Assembly: GCA_951406725.2 (NCBI GenBank)
Contig: OX597829.1
Location: forward strand, 8,184,001 to 8,248,000
DNA: 64,000 nucleotides
Direction of reading: 5' to 3'
Source of the DNA: Octopus vulgaris
Lineage: Eukaryota
Shown: positions 39,943-54,151 of the stretch, piece by piece
Numbering within the stretch: position 1 is the first letter of the stretch
Layout: every line of letters starts with the position of its first letter
Program-made: the position numbers and the translations under genes
Notes under the pieces: model-generated
The model's input: only the letters and a program-made list of their open reading frames with translations
Told to the model about the DNA's origin: nothing
Database searches by the model: none

Positions 39943-42197
39943 TACGTGAATATGATTATTAAATAACTATTTTTAAATACAAGATAAAAACTAATAATCG
40001 TTTCTATTTTGGCACAAGGCCAGCAATTGGTATTTATTTAATCGACCTCCGAAAGGAAGAAAGCAAAGGCGACCTTGGTGATTAACCCTAACTTTAACTC
40101 AGAACCTGAAGTCGGAAGAATTGCTCCTAAGCATTTTGTCGGGTGTGCAAAAGATTCTATCAATAAGAATAAATAAGTAAACACTAAAAATAACAAAATA
40201 TAAAGCTATGAATATGTATTAACGGTGATGAATAAAGAGGTAAAATAAAGCTATAGATACACACACATACTCTCAAACAAATGAAGATATCTGAATTTTC
40301 GAAAATAAACGGTCTCTTGTCGCATCTATTTATCGTGTGTAAAAGAATTCACTTAACTTACATGGTGCCTGCCAGAACAGCTTTACGGGGTCACTGTCTT
40401 TAAAAAACAGGTAGGAGACATTAAGTAAAGTAATAATACAGAAAGATGTTAAAATTAAATTCAGTGTATTAAGCGCCATGGAAAAGGAAAATTATCATTG
40501 TTTTAAGCACAAGCACTTTTTCAATATAGATAAGAGGAAAATTAAGAATGGGGAAAAAATTGTTCCATAAAGAAACTGCTTCGAGTCCTCTTCATCTCAT
40601 ACTATTCACAACGAATCTTATATCCCGTTCTTACTTTCATTCGCTTACATTACCTCTGTAGTTAAGATTGACTTCGAGGTTAACTCCTGTTAAATGCCTC
40701 AACTTTTCTCTTGCACACGGTCACCTCTAACCAGCTGTCGATGTGGTTCCTCTTCGAACCTTTGCTAATGATTGCACCCTTGACTTGCATCATTCAACGA
40801 CTAACTCTATTTCTGTCCACCATCACGTTTCCTGTTAACTGCCTCTGTCTCTAAAGCGCAATCTCCCGCAATTTTAATTTTCTCTAATTCAACCTAATTA
40901 GTTTTCCCATTTTTTAAATAGAAATACTCCCCCCTCCTTTAAACACAATCGCAACCTGCGTAACTTTCTGACCATCAGTTCTTTTATCCTCTTTTCAAAA
41001 TCCGACTTGGGTTGTCTTATCATTATTCCCAATGAACATCATTACCACTTTATGCGTTCCTAGCTCTACTTACTTATGTCGTGAAGTGTTTCTTCTGTAT
41101 CTCCAGCAATAATATTTATAGCATGTAGTGCCAATCTTGCGGTACTTTTTATAGAGGTGAGACAGACATTAGATCGTCAGATCGATTCAGATAAAATTTA
41201 CAACGAAACAACTGTAGTCTCCTTACATGTGCTACATAGAATTTCAACAGGCTATCTACATTCCGATCTTTTTAACTTTTAACTTCTCCAGCACCAGGGC
41301 TTACCCCACCATCCGACCTATTTTTTGTTTAGGCCCTAACCCACTCCAAAGCAACACACAATACAAAAAAAAAAAAACGGAAAAGAAAAGACAAAAAAGG
41401 GAAATTTTATCGCAAATGTGAAATAATTCGATATTCTCCTTTCAGGGTTCATAAAACGTTACCTTTCTGAGAACGAGATTCTCGACTCATGTACAATTCT
41501 GATATGTTCTTATATTGATCATTGTTACTATCCCATCCTTCCTAGCTCACACTTTCTTCTTATATTATTTAGTATTTTATTTCTTTCGTATCACAACTGA
41601 TGAACAATAGTACCATTGGTTATAGATTTTCAACGAACTCAACATTGTGTGTCTGACGGCTCCAGTCACGATGGTAGGGGATGTAACTCACAGGACTTTG
41701 CTTCAAAAGGACTTGCTCTTTTGGCTTTCTCGAAGATGTTTACAACCTTCACTTACACACACGCGCGCACGCACACATATACACACGCTAATACAGTGGG
41801 AGTGAGTGCTCATCACAGCATTAATGGACAAATACTCTTTATTTGTGGGTTTAAACAGCTACCAATGGTTTCGGCTAGAAAGAGATTTCGCAATTGTTTA
41901 AGCGTATTACATAGAAATGTCGGTAATCATCTCCATGATGGATGAAAATACATGAAGTTATACGAAACTGTACAGGATTTCAAAATAAATGAATAAAAAT
42001 ATATACAGATCACGGAAAGTAACTTTTAAGGAAATCGTGATTGTTGTCTTGCTTGCTTTAGCCCTTACAGTTTCGTGTAACGGCATATATTCTCATCCAA
42101 AATGAAGACGGGTACTAAAGTTTACGTGGTATGCTTCAGGCACTTGTAAAAATCTCTCTTTACATGGAACCACTGGTAGCCCCTTGTTAAGCCATAA

Positions 42198-42281
<84 letters not shown>

Positions 42282-42360
42282 AATATACATTCTTATATAC
42301 GTACATATATGCATATTCACACTCACATGATAAATACATACTGATAGGTATATTTGATAT

Positions 42361-42740
42361 CGTGGCACTACGTCGATTACTGCGACGAGGGTTCCAGGTG
42401 ATCCGATTAATGGAACAGCCTGCTTGTGAAATTAGCGTCAAGTGGCTGAGCACTCCACAGGCAAGTGTACTCTTAATGTAGTTCTCGGGGGAGATTCAGC
42501 GTGACACAGAGTGTGACAAGGGTGGCCCTTTGAAATACAGGTACAACAGAAGGAGGAAGAAAGAGTGAGAGAAAGTTGGGGTGAAAGATTACAGCAGGGT
42601 TCACCACCACTTCCTGCCGGGGCCTCGTGGAGCTTTAGGTGTTTTCGCTCAATAAACACACACCACCTGGTCTGGGAATCGAAACCGCGATCCTACGACC
42701 GTGTGTCCGCCGTCATAACCACTGGGCCATTGCACGTCCA
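42361..42740 (-). mobile_element. SINE family A, full length
   Basis: Same sequence as 12736-13352 without the nested insert; 9-bp TSD atttgatat. Confidence 0.9.
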
Positions 42741-43270
42741 ATTTGATATATTGCCACCATAAAGTGCGCAATCAAAGAGAAATTCTAGCTGTTGTTTTCG
42801 GAGAGGCGTATTTTCCCAAGACAAAAAGCTAAAATACCTTCATTTATACGTGTGTGTGTGTATCGTTCGCCAGTGTACACGCACGCGCGCGTACACACAC
42901 ACGCACGCACGCACGCACACACGCACACATTTTTACAGGTGTAAAAATGCGTCGAAAGAATTTCATTGATTTTTAACAAAAGAATGTCGTTCATTCCATC
43001 TTCTATCATTCATCCATTTATATAAACTTTCCGGATTCTATGAAATTACTGACGTATTTCCAGAAGAAGGAGCTTCACACTGTTTGATGACATCAGGTGG
43101 TCAATAACGGCAAACGAACTCTGCATAGCATTCTACAAAATTTTTATTAATTTTATCTAACCATTTAATATTGCCGCAAACAGAACAAAAAGGAAAAGGA
43201 TCCCATCTCCATCAAACGGAATCTGGACAGATCTCTTCAAGGAATACCAGTCAACAAGAACTCGCTACTC

Positions 43271-43356
<86 letters not shown>

Positions 43357-43358
<2 letters not shown>

Positions 43359-43767
43359 CTTTTATCTTTTACTTGTTTCAGTCATTAGACTGCGGCCATG
43401 CTGGGGCACCGCCTTGAAGAAGTTTTCGTCAAATTAATCGACCCCAAAATTTATTCTATTTTAAAGCCCGTTCTCTTTTGCCGAACCGCTATATTACGGG
43501 GACATAAACACACCAACAACAGTTGTCAAGTGGTGTGTGAGGGTACAAACTCAAACACAAAGACAAACAGACACAGACACACACATAGACAAAGAGACAC
43601 ACACATATACATACATGTATATATGCATACAAACATGCATACACACACACATGTATACCAAGCCCACTCTAAAGGCTTTGGTTGGCCCGAGGCAATAGCA
43701 GAAAACACTTGCCCAAGGTGTCACGCAGTGGGACTGAACCCGGAACCATGTGGCTGGGAAGCAAGTT
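43357..43767 (-). mobile_element. SINE family C, near full length
   Basis: rc contains both the 44342-type head and the 768-958-type tail, separated by an internal (TG)n tract. Confidence 0.8.
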
Positions 43768-44274
43768 TATATATATATGTGCATATATACATATATGCAT
43801 GTGTATGTCTGTATGAATGTACGTATGTGTGTATGTAGGTTGATAGGTATGCAGTATACTTGCAAACTATTTCCGGTCAAGCCTTGGCTTTGGTAGAAAA
43901 GACCCAAGGCATTACGCAGTGAGATCAGAACCGGAACTAGGCGGTTGTAAAGTGGACTTGCTAACCCTACATTTTGCCTGCGGCCAACACCATCTCTGTT
44001 TGACTAGATATTTGTTTTCTAAAGACGTTAGTCAACGCGATAAATATTTAATACATTGAATCTGTAATTAACCCAAACTTCGAATTACAATTAAGATCCC
44101 CACATTCGCGCGCACACGGACGGAAAAGAAAATAACATATTAGCGCATGCACCCACACCCAGGTACAAAGCTTGTACACTGCTGTATATAGTAAAGACAA
44201 GTATATAATTAAGTATCCTTAATTACAAATAGTTATGTGTGTGTGTATACATATGCATATACATACATACATAT

Positions 44275-44341
<67 letters not shown>

Positions 44342-44515
44342 GGCGCAGGTGTGGCTGTGTGGTAGGTAACTTGCCTACCAACCACATGGTTTCAGGTTCA
44401 GTCCTACTGCGTGGCACCGTGGGCAAGTGTCTTCTACTATAGCCTCGGGCCGACCAAAGCCTTGTAAGTGGATTTGGTAGACGGAAACTGAAAGAAGCCC
44501 GTCGTATATATATAT
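44342..44515 (+). mobile_element. tRNA-derived SINE family C, 5' half
   Basis: ggcgcaggtgtggctgtgtggtagg...ggttcagtcc...ggcaagtgtcttctactatagcctcgggccgaccaaagcc. Related pieces at 50028-50215(+), 768-958(+), 1325-1488(-), 22993-23110(-) and 38470-38610(-). Confidence 0.85.
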
Positions 44516-45535
44516 ATATACTCAGTCAGAAAACAGGAATATGAAGCTATCATTTTGCACGTGTTGTCAACTGTAAACAAAAGAAACATTGGTAGGATTC
44601 TGCTTTGCGCGCACCATATCACCTCTCATAACTTTTTTATTTTTTGCAATGTTCAGGAATTTTGTGTGAATTTGCATTCTACACACAGGAATTCGTACGA
44701 TCATGCAAAAGACAAAAGAGATTAAATTTTCGTGCGTGATTTAAGGCCTGTTTAGCTGTCATTTTTAGCTAATCTCATGATCACCCCATACCGTATGTTT
44801 TGAGCATTTGACAAGCGACAAATGAACACGTGGTTAAGCAGCTCGGTGACAGCTTGGCTTGTTACCATGGAAATAGACACCTATATGTCTGTGGCTTTCG
44901 ATTGGCAAACTTTAAAATTGCAAACTTTAAAAGCTATTAACTCTTATTTATTTATGTATGTCGAAAATGAATGTCAATGGTTACAAAACTACACCAATAC
45001 ACCAAATATGAAATCAATTTGAACAAAAATTGAAGAAATTGAAAAGTGGCAGCCAAACAGAAAAGATACTATTTATATGTGTGTGTGTGTGTGTGTATGT
45101 GTGTGTGTGTGTGTGTATGTGTGTATGTGTGTGTATGTGTGTGTGTGTGTATGAATATATTTATTTATAAGTGAGTATATATGTATGACCATATGAATGC
45201 AGATAATCACAGATACATATCTACATGCCCTTACATAGACGCATATATGTGGGCATGTGTCTATGTATGTATATGTGCGCGTGTGTAAGAGAGTGAGTAT
45301 GTGCGCGTGTCTGTATACTGGTGAGCTTGTTATTTATGACAAGAACTCTCCAAGTTTGAATTGTGAACTCTTCGCCCTCAATGCACGATAATTATATAAG
45401 AATTATATAATTATAGTCAATTGCTACTAGAGTACTATTGTTTCGTTCACATACACACACACATACATACATGCATACATACATATATACATACATAGGT
45501 ACATACATGCATACATACATACATACATACATACA

Positions 45536-45569
<34 letters not shown>

Positions 45570-45763
45570 CATACATAGGTAAATACATGCATACATACAT
45601 ACTTATACATATACTTACATATACGTGTGTGTGTATGTACATACTTATACGTGTGTATATATATATATCTATATATATACACACACGCACACACGTTTGT
45701 CAATCTCACTCTCCCTCCATCCATCCATCCATCCATCCACCTATCTATCTGTCTCTTTCTCTC

Positions 45764-45805
<42 letters not shown>

Positions 45806-45902
45806 CAAATATACATACAAAGACATTCAAATATATACGCATATATGTATATACACATATATACACACATACATACATAAACACATACATACATACATAC
45901 AA

Positions 45903-45933
<31 letters not shown>

Positions 45934-45938
45934 CATGC

Positions 45939-45980
<42 letters not shown>

Positions 45981-47229
45981 GCACATACATATATATATAA
46001 TTTCTCTTGGGACAATTGTTAATTGTGTATGTTTCTGAGTCTAGAATGCATGTGTGTGTGTATACATGTAAGCATATATATGTACAGTCATACAGGCAAG
46101 ACACATGCATGACGTTGATACAGTTTCACAATAGACCCAAAGGAAGTTTTTTTTTGTATAATTATTTAGAAAAGTTTTTATACAATGGGAAAGTGGTTTG
46201 GTGATTTGAACTCCTTTCATCGGTTAAAGAGTGAGAGGAGAGTAGAGAAGAGTGAGAGAGATAGACAGAGACAGAAACGACTGTCGTATTCAGCTGAAGA
46301 ATTTTAGTAATAATAGAAAACCTGAATTTTAGTGATGCTTCAGGAGAGAAGTGGTTGGAGGAAGAGGCAAGAAGAGAACTAAGTAAACTAAAAGGTTAGG
46401 GATATGACGTTTCGGATGTTGATACTTCATCGGAAAAAGAGAACGCGAAAAAAGGGAAGAAAAGAACTGAAATATACATGGAAAGAAAAAGAACGGAAAA
46501 TAAAGTGTAGAATGTCTTAGACGCCTTTGTGAAATATTTCAGAAGTAATCAGAATGAAACAAGTCCTTTAGTGAAAGAATGTGAAGAAAATTAAGCTACG
46601 AAAATCACTCATGTCTGTGTATGTGCGTATGTATGTATGTATGTATGTATGTATGTATGTATGTATGTATGTATGTATGTATGTATGTATGTATGTATGT
46701 ATGTATGTATGTATGTGTGTGTGTGTGTGTGTGTTTGTGTATGTATGTATGTTTGTATGTATGTTTGTATGTATGTATGTATGTATTTATGTGTGTATGT
46801 ATGTATATATGTATGTGTGTGTGTGTGTGTATGTATGGATGTATGTATGTATTTGTGTATGTATGTATGTATGTATTTGTGTGTGTATGCGTGCGCGCGT
46901 GCATCTGTGTGTATCGATGAATAGATATTTGTTGGTGTTTATATTTTCATTAGGTGAGATGAGTTGGAAGTTTTCTTGAGTGCACATATGTGCATGCCTT
47001 TAGTGCCCACGCGCATGTATGTCTGTGTGTGTGTATGTGTATGTGTGTATGTGTATGTGTGTATGGGTGTGTGTGTGTGTGTGACTATGTGTGTCTGTGT
47101 TTACGTGTCTTTGCTTCAGTTTGTCTTTGAATGTTCGTGGGTTTATTTTATTGCTTTGAATGAGCGTATGGTGGGAATTCGATATATATTTGATAGTCTG
47201 CATAAAATAAAACACGATATCTCATCCAA

Positions 47230-48103
<874 letters not shown>

Positions 48104-48187
48104 AGCATGGCCGCAGTCAAATGACTGAAACAATTAAAAGAATAAGAGTAAAAGAATATATACATATATTTATATAGTATGTATATG

Positions 48188-48590
<403 letters not shown>

Positions 48591-49881
48591 TGGCATACTT
48601 ACACATAGATGGCGTGGGCGTTATGAATTTCGTAAAGTCTTAAAATTTCTCTCGCACCTCATATGCCCTGAACATGAACACATACATAGATACACAATCC
48701 ACACAAGGACACAGACTCACACACACACCCTCATGCGCGTCCGTGCATTTGCGTGTGTTCCGGTTATTTGCATCGGAATTATTAAACTGGTTTCACGCCA
48801 ATGTCAGATTTAATTCTTTTATCCGACTATATGTGGTACACAGCAGTGTGAATAAATTACAAAGACAGTCTCTCGCTTCCTCCCTCCCACTCTCGCTTCC
48901 TCCCTCCCACTCTCGCTCTCTCTATCTCTCTCTCTCTCTCTGACGCACACGTACATTTGCACACTTTCGCACACACACACACACACAAACATGCACACAA
49001 AATCCAGTGCGCATACACTCACACATAATCACGCATATAACTTCTTGTCTGATTTCATGCCCGTGTTTCGAAAACACGATTGAGGGTTATTCTTTAAAGG
49101 CCAAACTTCGAAATAGTGAAAACGATGGAACTTTGCATTGCGACACCAAAAGATATGGAAAAAAAGTAAAACGGTGGAAGGGGGAAGGAACTATGACCCC
49201 CCACCCCCAACCCACCCCAAAACCCACAGAAAAGAACTGCCCTGCAAAAAGGTCATCGTAGAAGTATCAACTTCACCCTCATAAAGAGTTCAGCAAAACA
49301 GCTGCTTGTTATCGTCTTCTAATCTTAGTCGAACACTCACTTTTTTCTTCTTTTCTCAGTTAAATATATATATTACACTAACATGGACACGCATACGCGC
49401 GCACGCGCACAAACAGATGCACACGCACAAACGCGCGCACACACACACACGCGCACACACACATATTGACGTATAAATACGTGCGCCTTCATTTAGTGGT
49501 GTAGGTTTATCTTAGTCTGTAAAAGTTTACAAACATTATATATGTTTATAATAAACTCGCCGATTGCTGTTTCGAATCTTGTGCTTTCACCCATCCAGTT
49601 TTACTTCCCGCGAAAAAGATAAGAAGAGTACACAAAAATAAGAAAATTGTTGTTGAGTGTTCTAACCCATTGGTTCTTGAGGATTCTATAAAAGGCTTTG
49701 AAGTGCGATATAGTGTTATCGCAGCAAAGAGATCAGCACGACGTAGTTATCCATTTGTGACAGTTATTTTTAACTCAGTGAAGAACGCTAACTATATATG
49801 TATTAATTACCGACTGTTGCTTCTACCGACAACGTTGAGATGTTCCTGTACCTATTTACAGTTTTTGAGGGTTAATTGTTC

Positions 49882-50008
49882 TGGCCGAAATAAGATTAAG
49901 ATTAAAGTAAAAAATAAATATCACTGAAGCAAAATAACACCAAATATATAGTGCGTGTGTTTTTATTGGCTAAACTGGCAATATGACCATTCCGAAATAT
50001 AACAATAT
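49882..50008 (+). repeat. Second copy of the 26635-26761 segment (TA-associated dispersed repeat)
   Basis: tggccgaaataagattaagatta...cattccgaaatataacaatat is nearly identical to the first copy and also abuts (TA)n. Confidence 0.9.
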
Positions 50009-50027
50009 ATATATATATACATATATA

Positions 50028-50215
50028 GGCGTAGGAGTGGATGTGTGGTAAGTAGCTTGCTAACGAACCACATGTGTGTGTGTGTTGTATGCTTCAATTT
50101 GTACATCTACATATTCTAATTCAGTCCCGTGGGCAAGTGTCTTCTACTATAGCCTCGGGCCGACCAAAGCCTTGTGAGTGGATTTGGTAGACGGAAACTG
50201 AAAGAAGCCCGTTGT
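50028..50215 (+). mobile_element. SINE family C, 5' half, interrupted
   Basis: Matches 44342-44515. Confidence 0.8.
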
Positions 50216-50234
50216 GTATATGTATGCATGTATG

Positions 50235-50303
<69 letters not shown>

Positions 50304-50893
50304 GAATCTACTCCTCAGCCATCTGCAACACACAAACAGAAAGTGTATGCGCATCTTAATTTGATGACCCTTTCGGTCGCCATTGGAATCAGAAGCAGAG
50401 TCAAAACGAAGAGTTGTCTGGCGAGATGATTAGATAAAAACACATGACACTATGAAGTTGATGTTTTAAAAATGTGTTAACGAATGAGGCAGTAATAAAA
50501 AGTGGAACTATATTTTTTCAAGTAAAATATGTGAGCACGAATTGTGTCTCTGGAGTTCAAACTGAAGAGAGTAATGCGAGCTGTGGAAAATATTTAGTTT
50601 TAATTGTAAGGCAATATATCTGACTAGAAGTTGTGAATCAAGAGACTTAAACTGTGGATATGAAGTGAGAATGGGAGTATGATTGTAATTCAAAAGAGAG
50701 TTGATTTCTAGCTGTGAGGCAAGAGAGTTGATCTGTACTTTTACATTGACAAAGAAGAGTCAGTGCTGTGACTCAAGGGAAAAAAAGTAGCTAGTCAGTA
50801 AGTATTAAAGAAATAGTAATGTTACCTGGATCATTCACCTCCGAATAAATATAAAGAAATTTCAGTTCCGTGTAATGTAATATAAAGAAGAGA

Positions 50894-50955
<62 letters not shown>

Positions 50956-51989
50956 ACTCTAAGAAACAGTTTGTTAGTAGCCTAGAGTTTTTTTTAACAG
51001 TTAGCCAGAAACACTAAAACGTGTCGTATTTTAGATGCTATTGAATAATGATAGAAAGGGATTTAGTAGGAATACTTGCGGTTTGTATTTCCGCTGTGAT
51101 CTCAAGCAAAGTCGAAAAATGTATGCATGATGAAAAAAGTGGTTTCATTTTAGTTTTAGAGAGCAAAAAAAAAAAAAACCAGAAAAGAAAAGAAAAAAGG
51201 AGTCTGTTGGAATGGATAATTGTTGTTTAGCTCTTTAGCTCTATATCAGCACTGACTGACATCTATAGCTAGAAACAGTCCAACCATGACTATTTCATAT
51301 TTATTTCAGGCATTCTGTAGTTCGGATTAAAATTTCCGTGTACTTTTAAAAGTAAGTTGTAGTTTGAAGGAAATTTTACTTCTATTGCTGGAATATCATG
51401 CAAGCACTTAGAAGGTTTTACGGTATGCATTTTAGGTTGAGTAGCACACACACACACACACACACCACGCGCGCGCACACATACATAAAGAAATCATTCA
51501 TTTCTCGTCACTTTTTTTCCATAACTTAGAATAAGAAGAGCAACAACCATCACAATTTACAAGGTCTTTAAAACGATGTACAAAGTGAGAAAAAATGACA
51601 TTTTAAATCTTAAGTTAATGATCACAAGCTCAAATGGTTTATAATTCACAAATTCCAAGAAAGAATTGCTTTTTCTATCAGTCACTTGAGTTCGTGTCCA
51701 CTTGATGGTTTTTTAATATAAGCACATAGTCTTCATTCACTCATATATTAATCCTAAATAAATATAATTTAATCGTTTAATTAGAATGCGTGTGTGTCGA
51801 TGTGTGGGTGGTAGAGGAAAAGGGAGAGAAGAGAAAGTATTTCATACCAAACTTATAAATACACACACGAGCCCACACAAGCAGCACTTGCACACATACA
51901 TACATACATACATACATACATACATACATACACTTCGAAGGCTACGTATTTGCAACGCAAGAAAAGTAGGTTGCTACTAAATAGCTAAC

Positions 51990-52580
51990 CAACAAAAGAG
52001 ACCGTGAAGCGCGAGATGCAACCGAAAAATCTAGCTTATGCCATATTTCTGGAGAAGCCATCACACATGTGATTAGCAGCGGCCCCAAAACGTCATCAAG
52101 CTACTACCTCCCAATGCGACACGAAGTTGTCGCTGAAGCAATACACAACGCCATTCGGAAAATAGACTTTCCTGGAATAAATATAGAAAATCCCTCTTTT
52201 ACTGAACAGCGCAAGGAATACTTCTGGAACATTCCCATCAAAACATCTGTCGTGTGTAAACATAACAGGCCTGATATTGTTGCTTGCGACAGACAAGGAA
52301 AACGTATGTACTATAATAGAGGTCAGCTGTCTTGCTGATGTGAATGTCTCTTTGAAAGTCAAAGAGAAAGAAGACAACTATAGACAACTGATTCGAAACC
52401 TCCAGCTTCTATATCCAGATTCTATATCCACATATGATGCCAATAATAACTGGAGCACCTCCTTCTGTAAAGTAAATGCCGAACTGTAAGTCTGAATAAG
52501 TTTGGATTTTCAGAAAAAGAAATCAGCCGATTCACACATTACAAATACAATAAAAACATGCTAGACATTTTTCATGATTA
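51990..52580 (+). mobile_element. RLE-type non-LTR retrotransposon 3' fragment
   Basis: ITHVISSGPKTSSSYYLPMRHEVVA...KEYFWNIPIKTSVVCKHNRPDIV...CTIIEVSCLADVNVSLKVKEKEDNY. Confidence 0.8.
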
Positions 52581-52764
52581 AAATTTGATATTGTTTTTGA
52601 TATCTACATTCCAACGATGGAGTTTTGTATTATCTTTGCTAGAAAATAGGTCCTTCCTTAGAGGAAGAATTTAAATAATTAAAAACAAAAGAGGACATGC
52701 ATACATAGAAAGGTAGGCACACATTCACGTTTTCAAATATGTAGATGTACAAATTGAAGCATAC

Positions 52765-52855
<91 letters not shown>

Positions 52856-53039
52856 ACACATATGAATATGTGCGTGTGAGTGTGTGTGTATACTTATATA
52901 TAATACTTATACGTAAATGTAAGATACATGGGTACAAAAATAAAGTTTAAATAAATAACCACACACTCACACACATAGGCTTGCTTGTGTATATCTATGT
53001 GAGCATATGTATGATTTTTAAACTTAAGGTGAATGACTC

Positions 53040-53340
53040 TTGATTGCGACACAGAATCAAAGAATTATTACCTGAAACCACCAAAACATGCAACGAATGA
53101 GAAAACATAAAACAGCGCAAAATACTTCGAGGCTGAGAAGAAGGCAGAACATTTATTGGCTTTGGATGTATCAATGAGAAAAAATAAAACATGAATGGCA
53201 GAAATGGGGCTTTCATAGCTTGGAAGTGATACTGTTAATTGTGGATTACCAACATGGTTTGAACATACTCTAGAACAGATGCAAAAGAACGACAAAGTGA
53301 CCTTATTCTGGGAATTGGTCGTACTAATTCGCTTTGACCC
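53040..53340 (+). mobile_element. Decayed R4/Dong-like fragment
   Basis: WFEHTLEQMQKNDKVTLFWEL resembles the W..H.PEKV.EN.K.TILWD motif; similar to the rc of 54460-54760. Confidence 0.5.
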
Positions 53341-53649
53341 AACATTTTTACATAGTGTGTATGGTTGTATCCAGAGACCTCCTGCGAAAATCAAATTTTT
53401 TCGATAATAATTTACAATGAATTCACACAACAACTTTTGATTGCAAATGTTTTAAATGAACATCTTGAATGAATGTTTTACCACCGCTCTTGAAAGATTA
53501 ATGTTCTAGAAAAATATTTTACTGTTTTTATCCACGAAAAAATCAGAGACAGTTGATAAAAGAGCCAAAGTTATGTTAGCTGTGTGTTTAATGTTAATTA
53601 CATAGAGATAAGGATTGTTATTATTTTAGTGCTTTTATTTGTATTGGGT

Positions 53650-53941
53650 GCTTTCACTGCTCTAGTGATCACAGCTTAGCATGTCTTGGATGTCGTTTAT
53701 TTTGTATTGAAAGTACTCAACGTTATATCTGTGCAGAGCTTATTAGTGTTTTCCCTGAATGTTCTTGGTTGTGTTTTTAGTTTTTAATTATTCCCCATAT
53801 TTTGTTATAAGGTTTCATCGCCGTTTCCCCCTGGTTAATTCTATTTCCAGCTCTTTATATTTCGATGATTTTGATATTTGGAAAGAAACATCATCATTTA
53901 TTAGGACTGATATGTCGAATGGAAAACATATCCTTACCATG

Positions 53942-54036
<95 letters not shown>

Positions 54037-54071
54037 ACACACACACACTCACACACACATATACACATATG

Positions 54072-54108
<37 letters not shown>

Positions 54109-54109
54109 C

Positions 54110-54151
<42 letters not shown>

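Noticed and set aside
40361-40396. Possible 36-nt minus-strand exon (SDPVKLFWQAP) with a gtaagt donor
   Set aside because: Isolated, with no partner exons and no recognisable homology.
41446-41601. Strong acceptor attctcctttcag followed by an open phase-1 frame (GFIKRYLSENE...)
   Set aside because: No FGF similarity and no convincing donor.
50340-50429. [25 protein letters not shown] as a possible FGF exon 2
   Set aside because: Only vague similarity, no acceptor site, no LYLxM motif, and an immediate stop.
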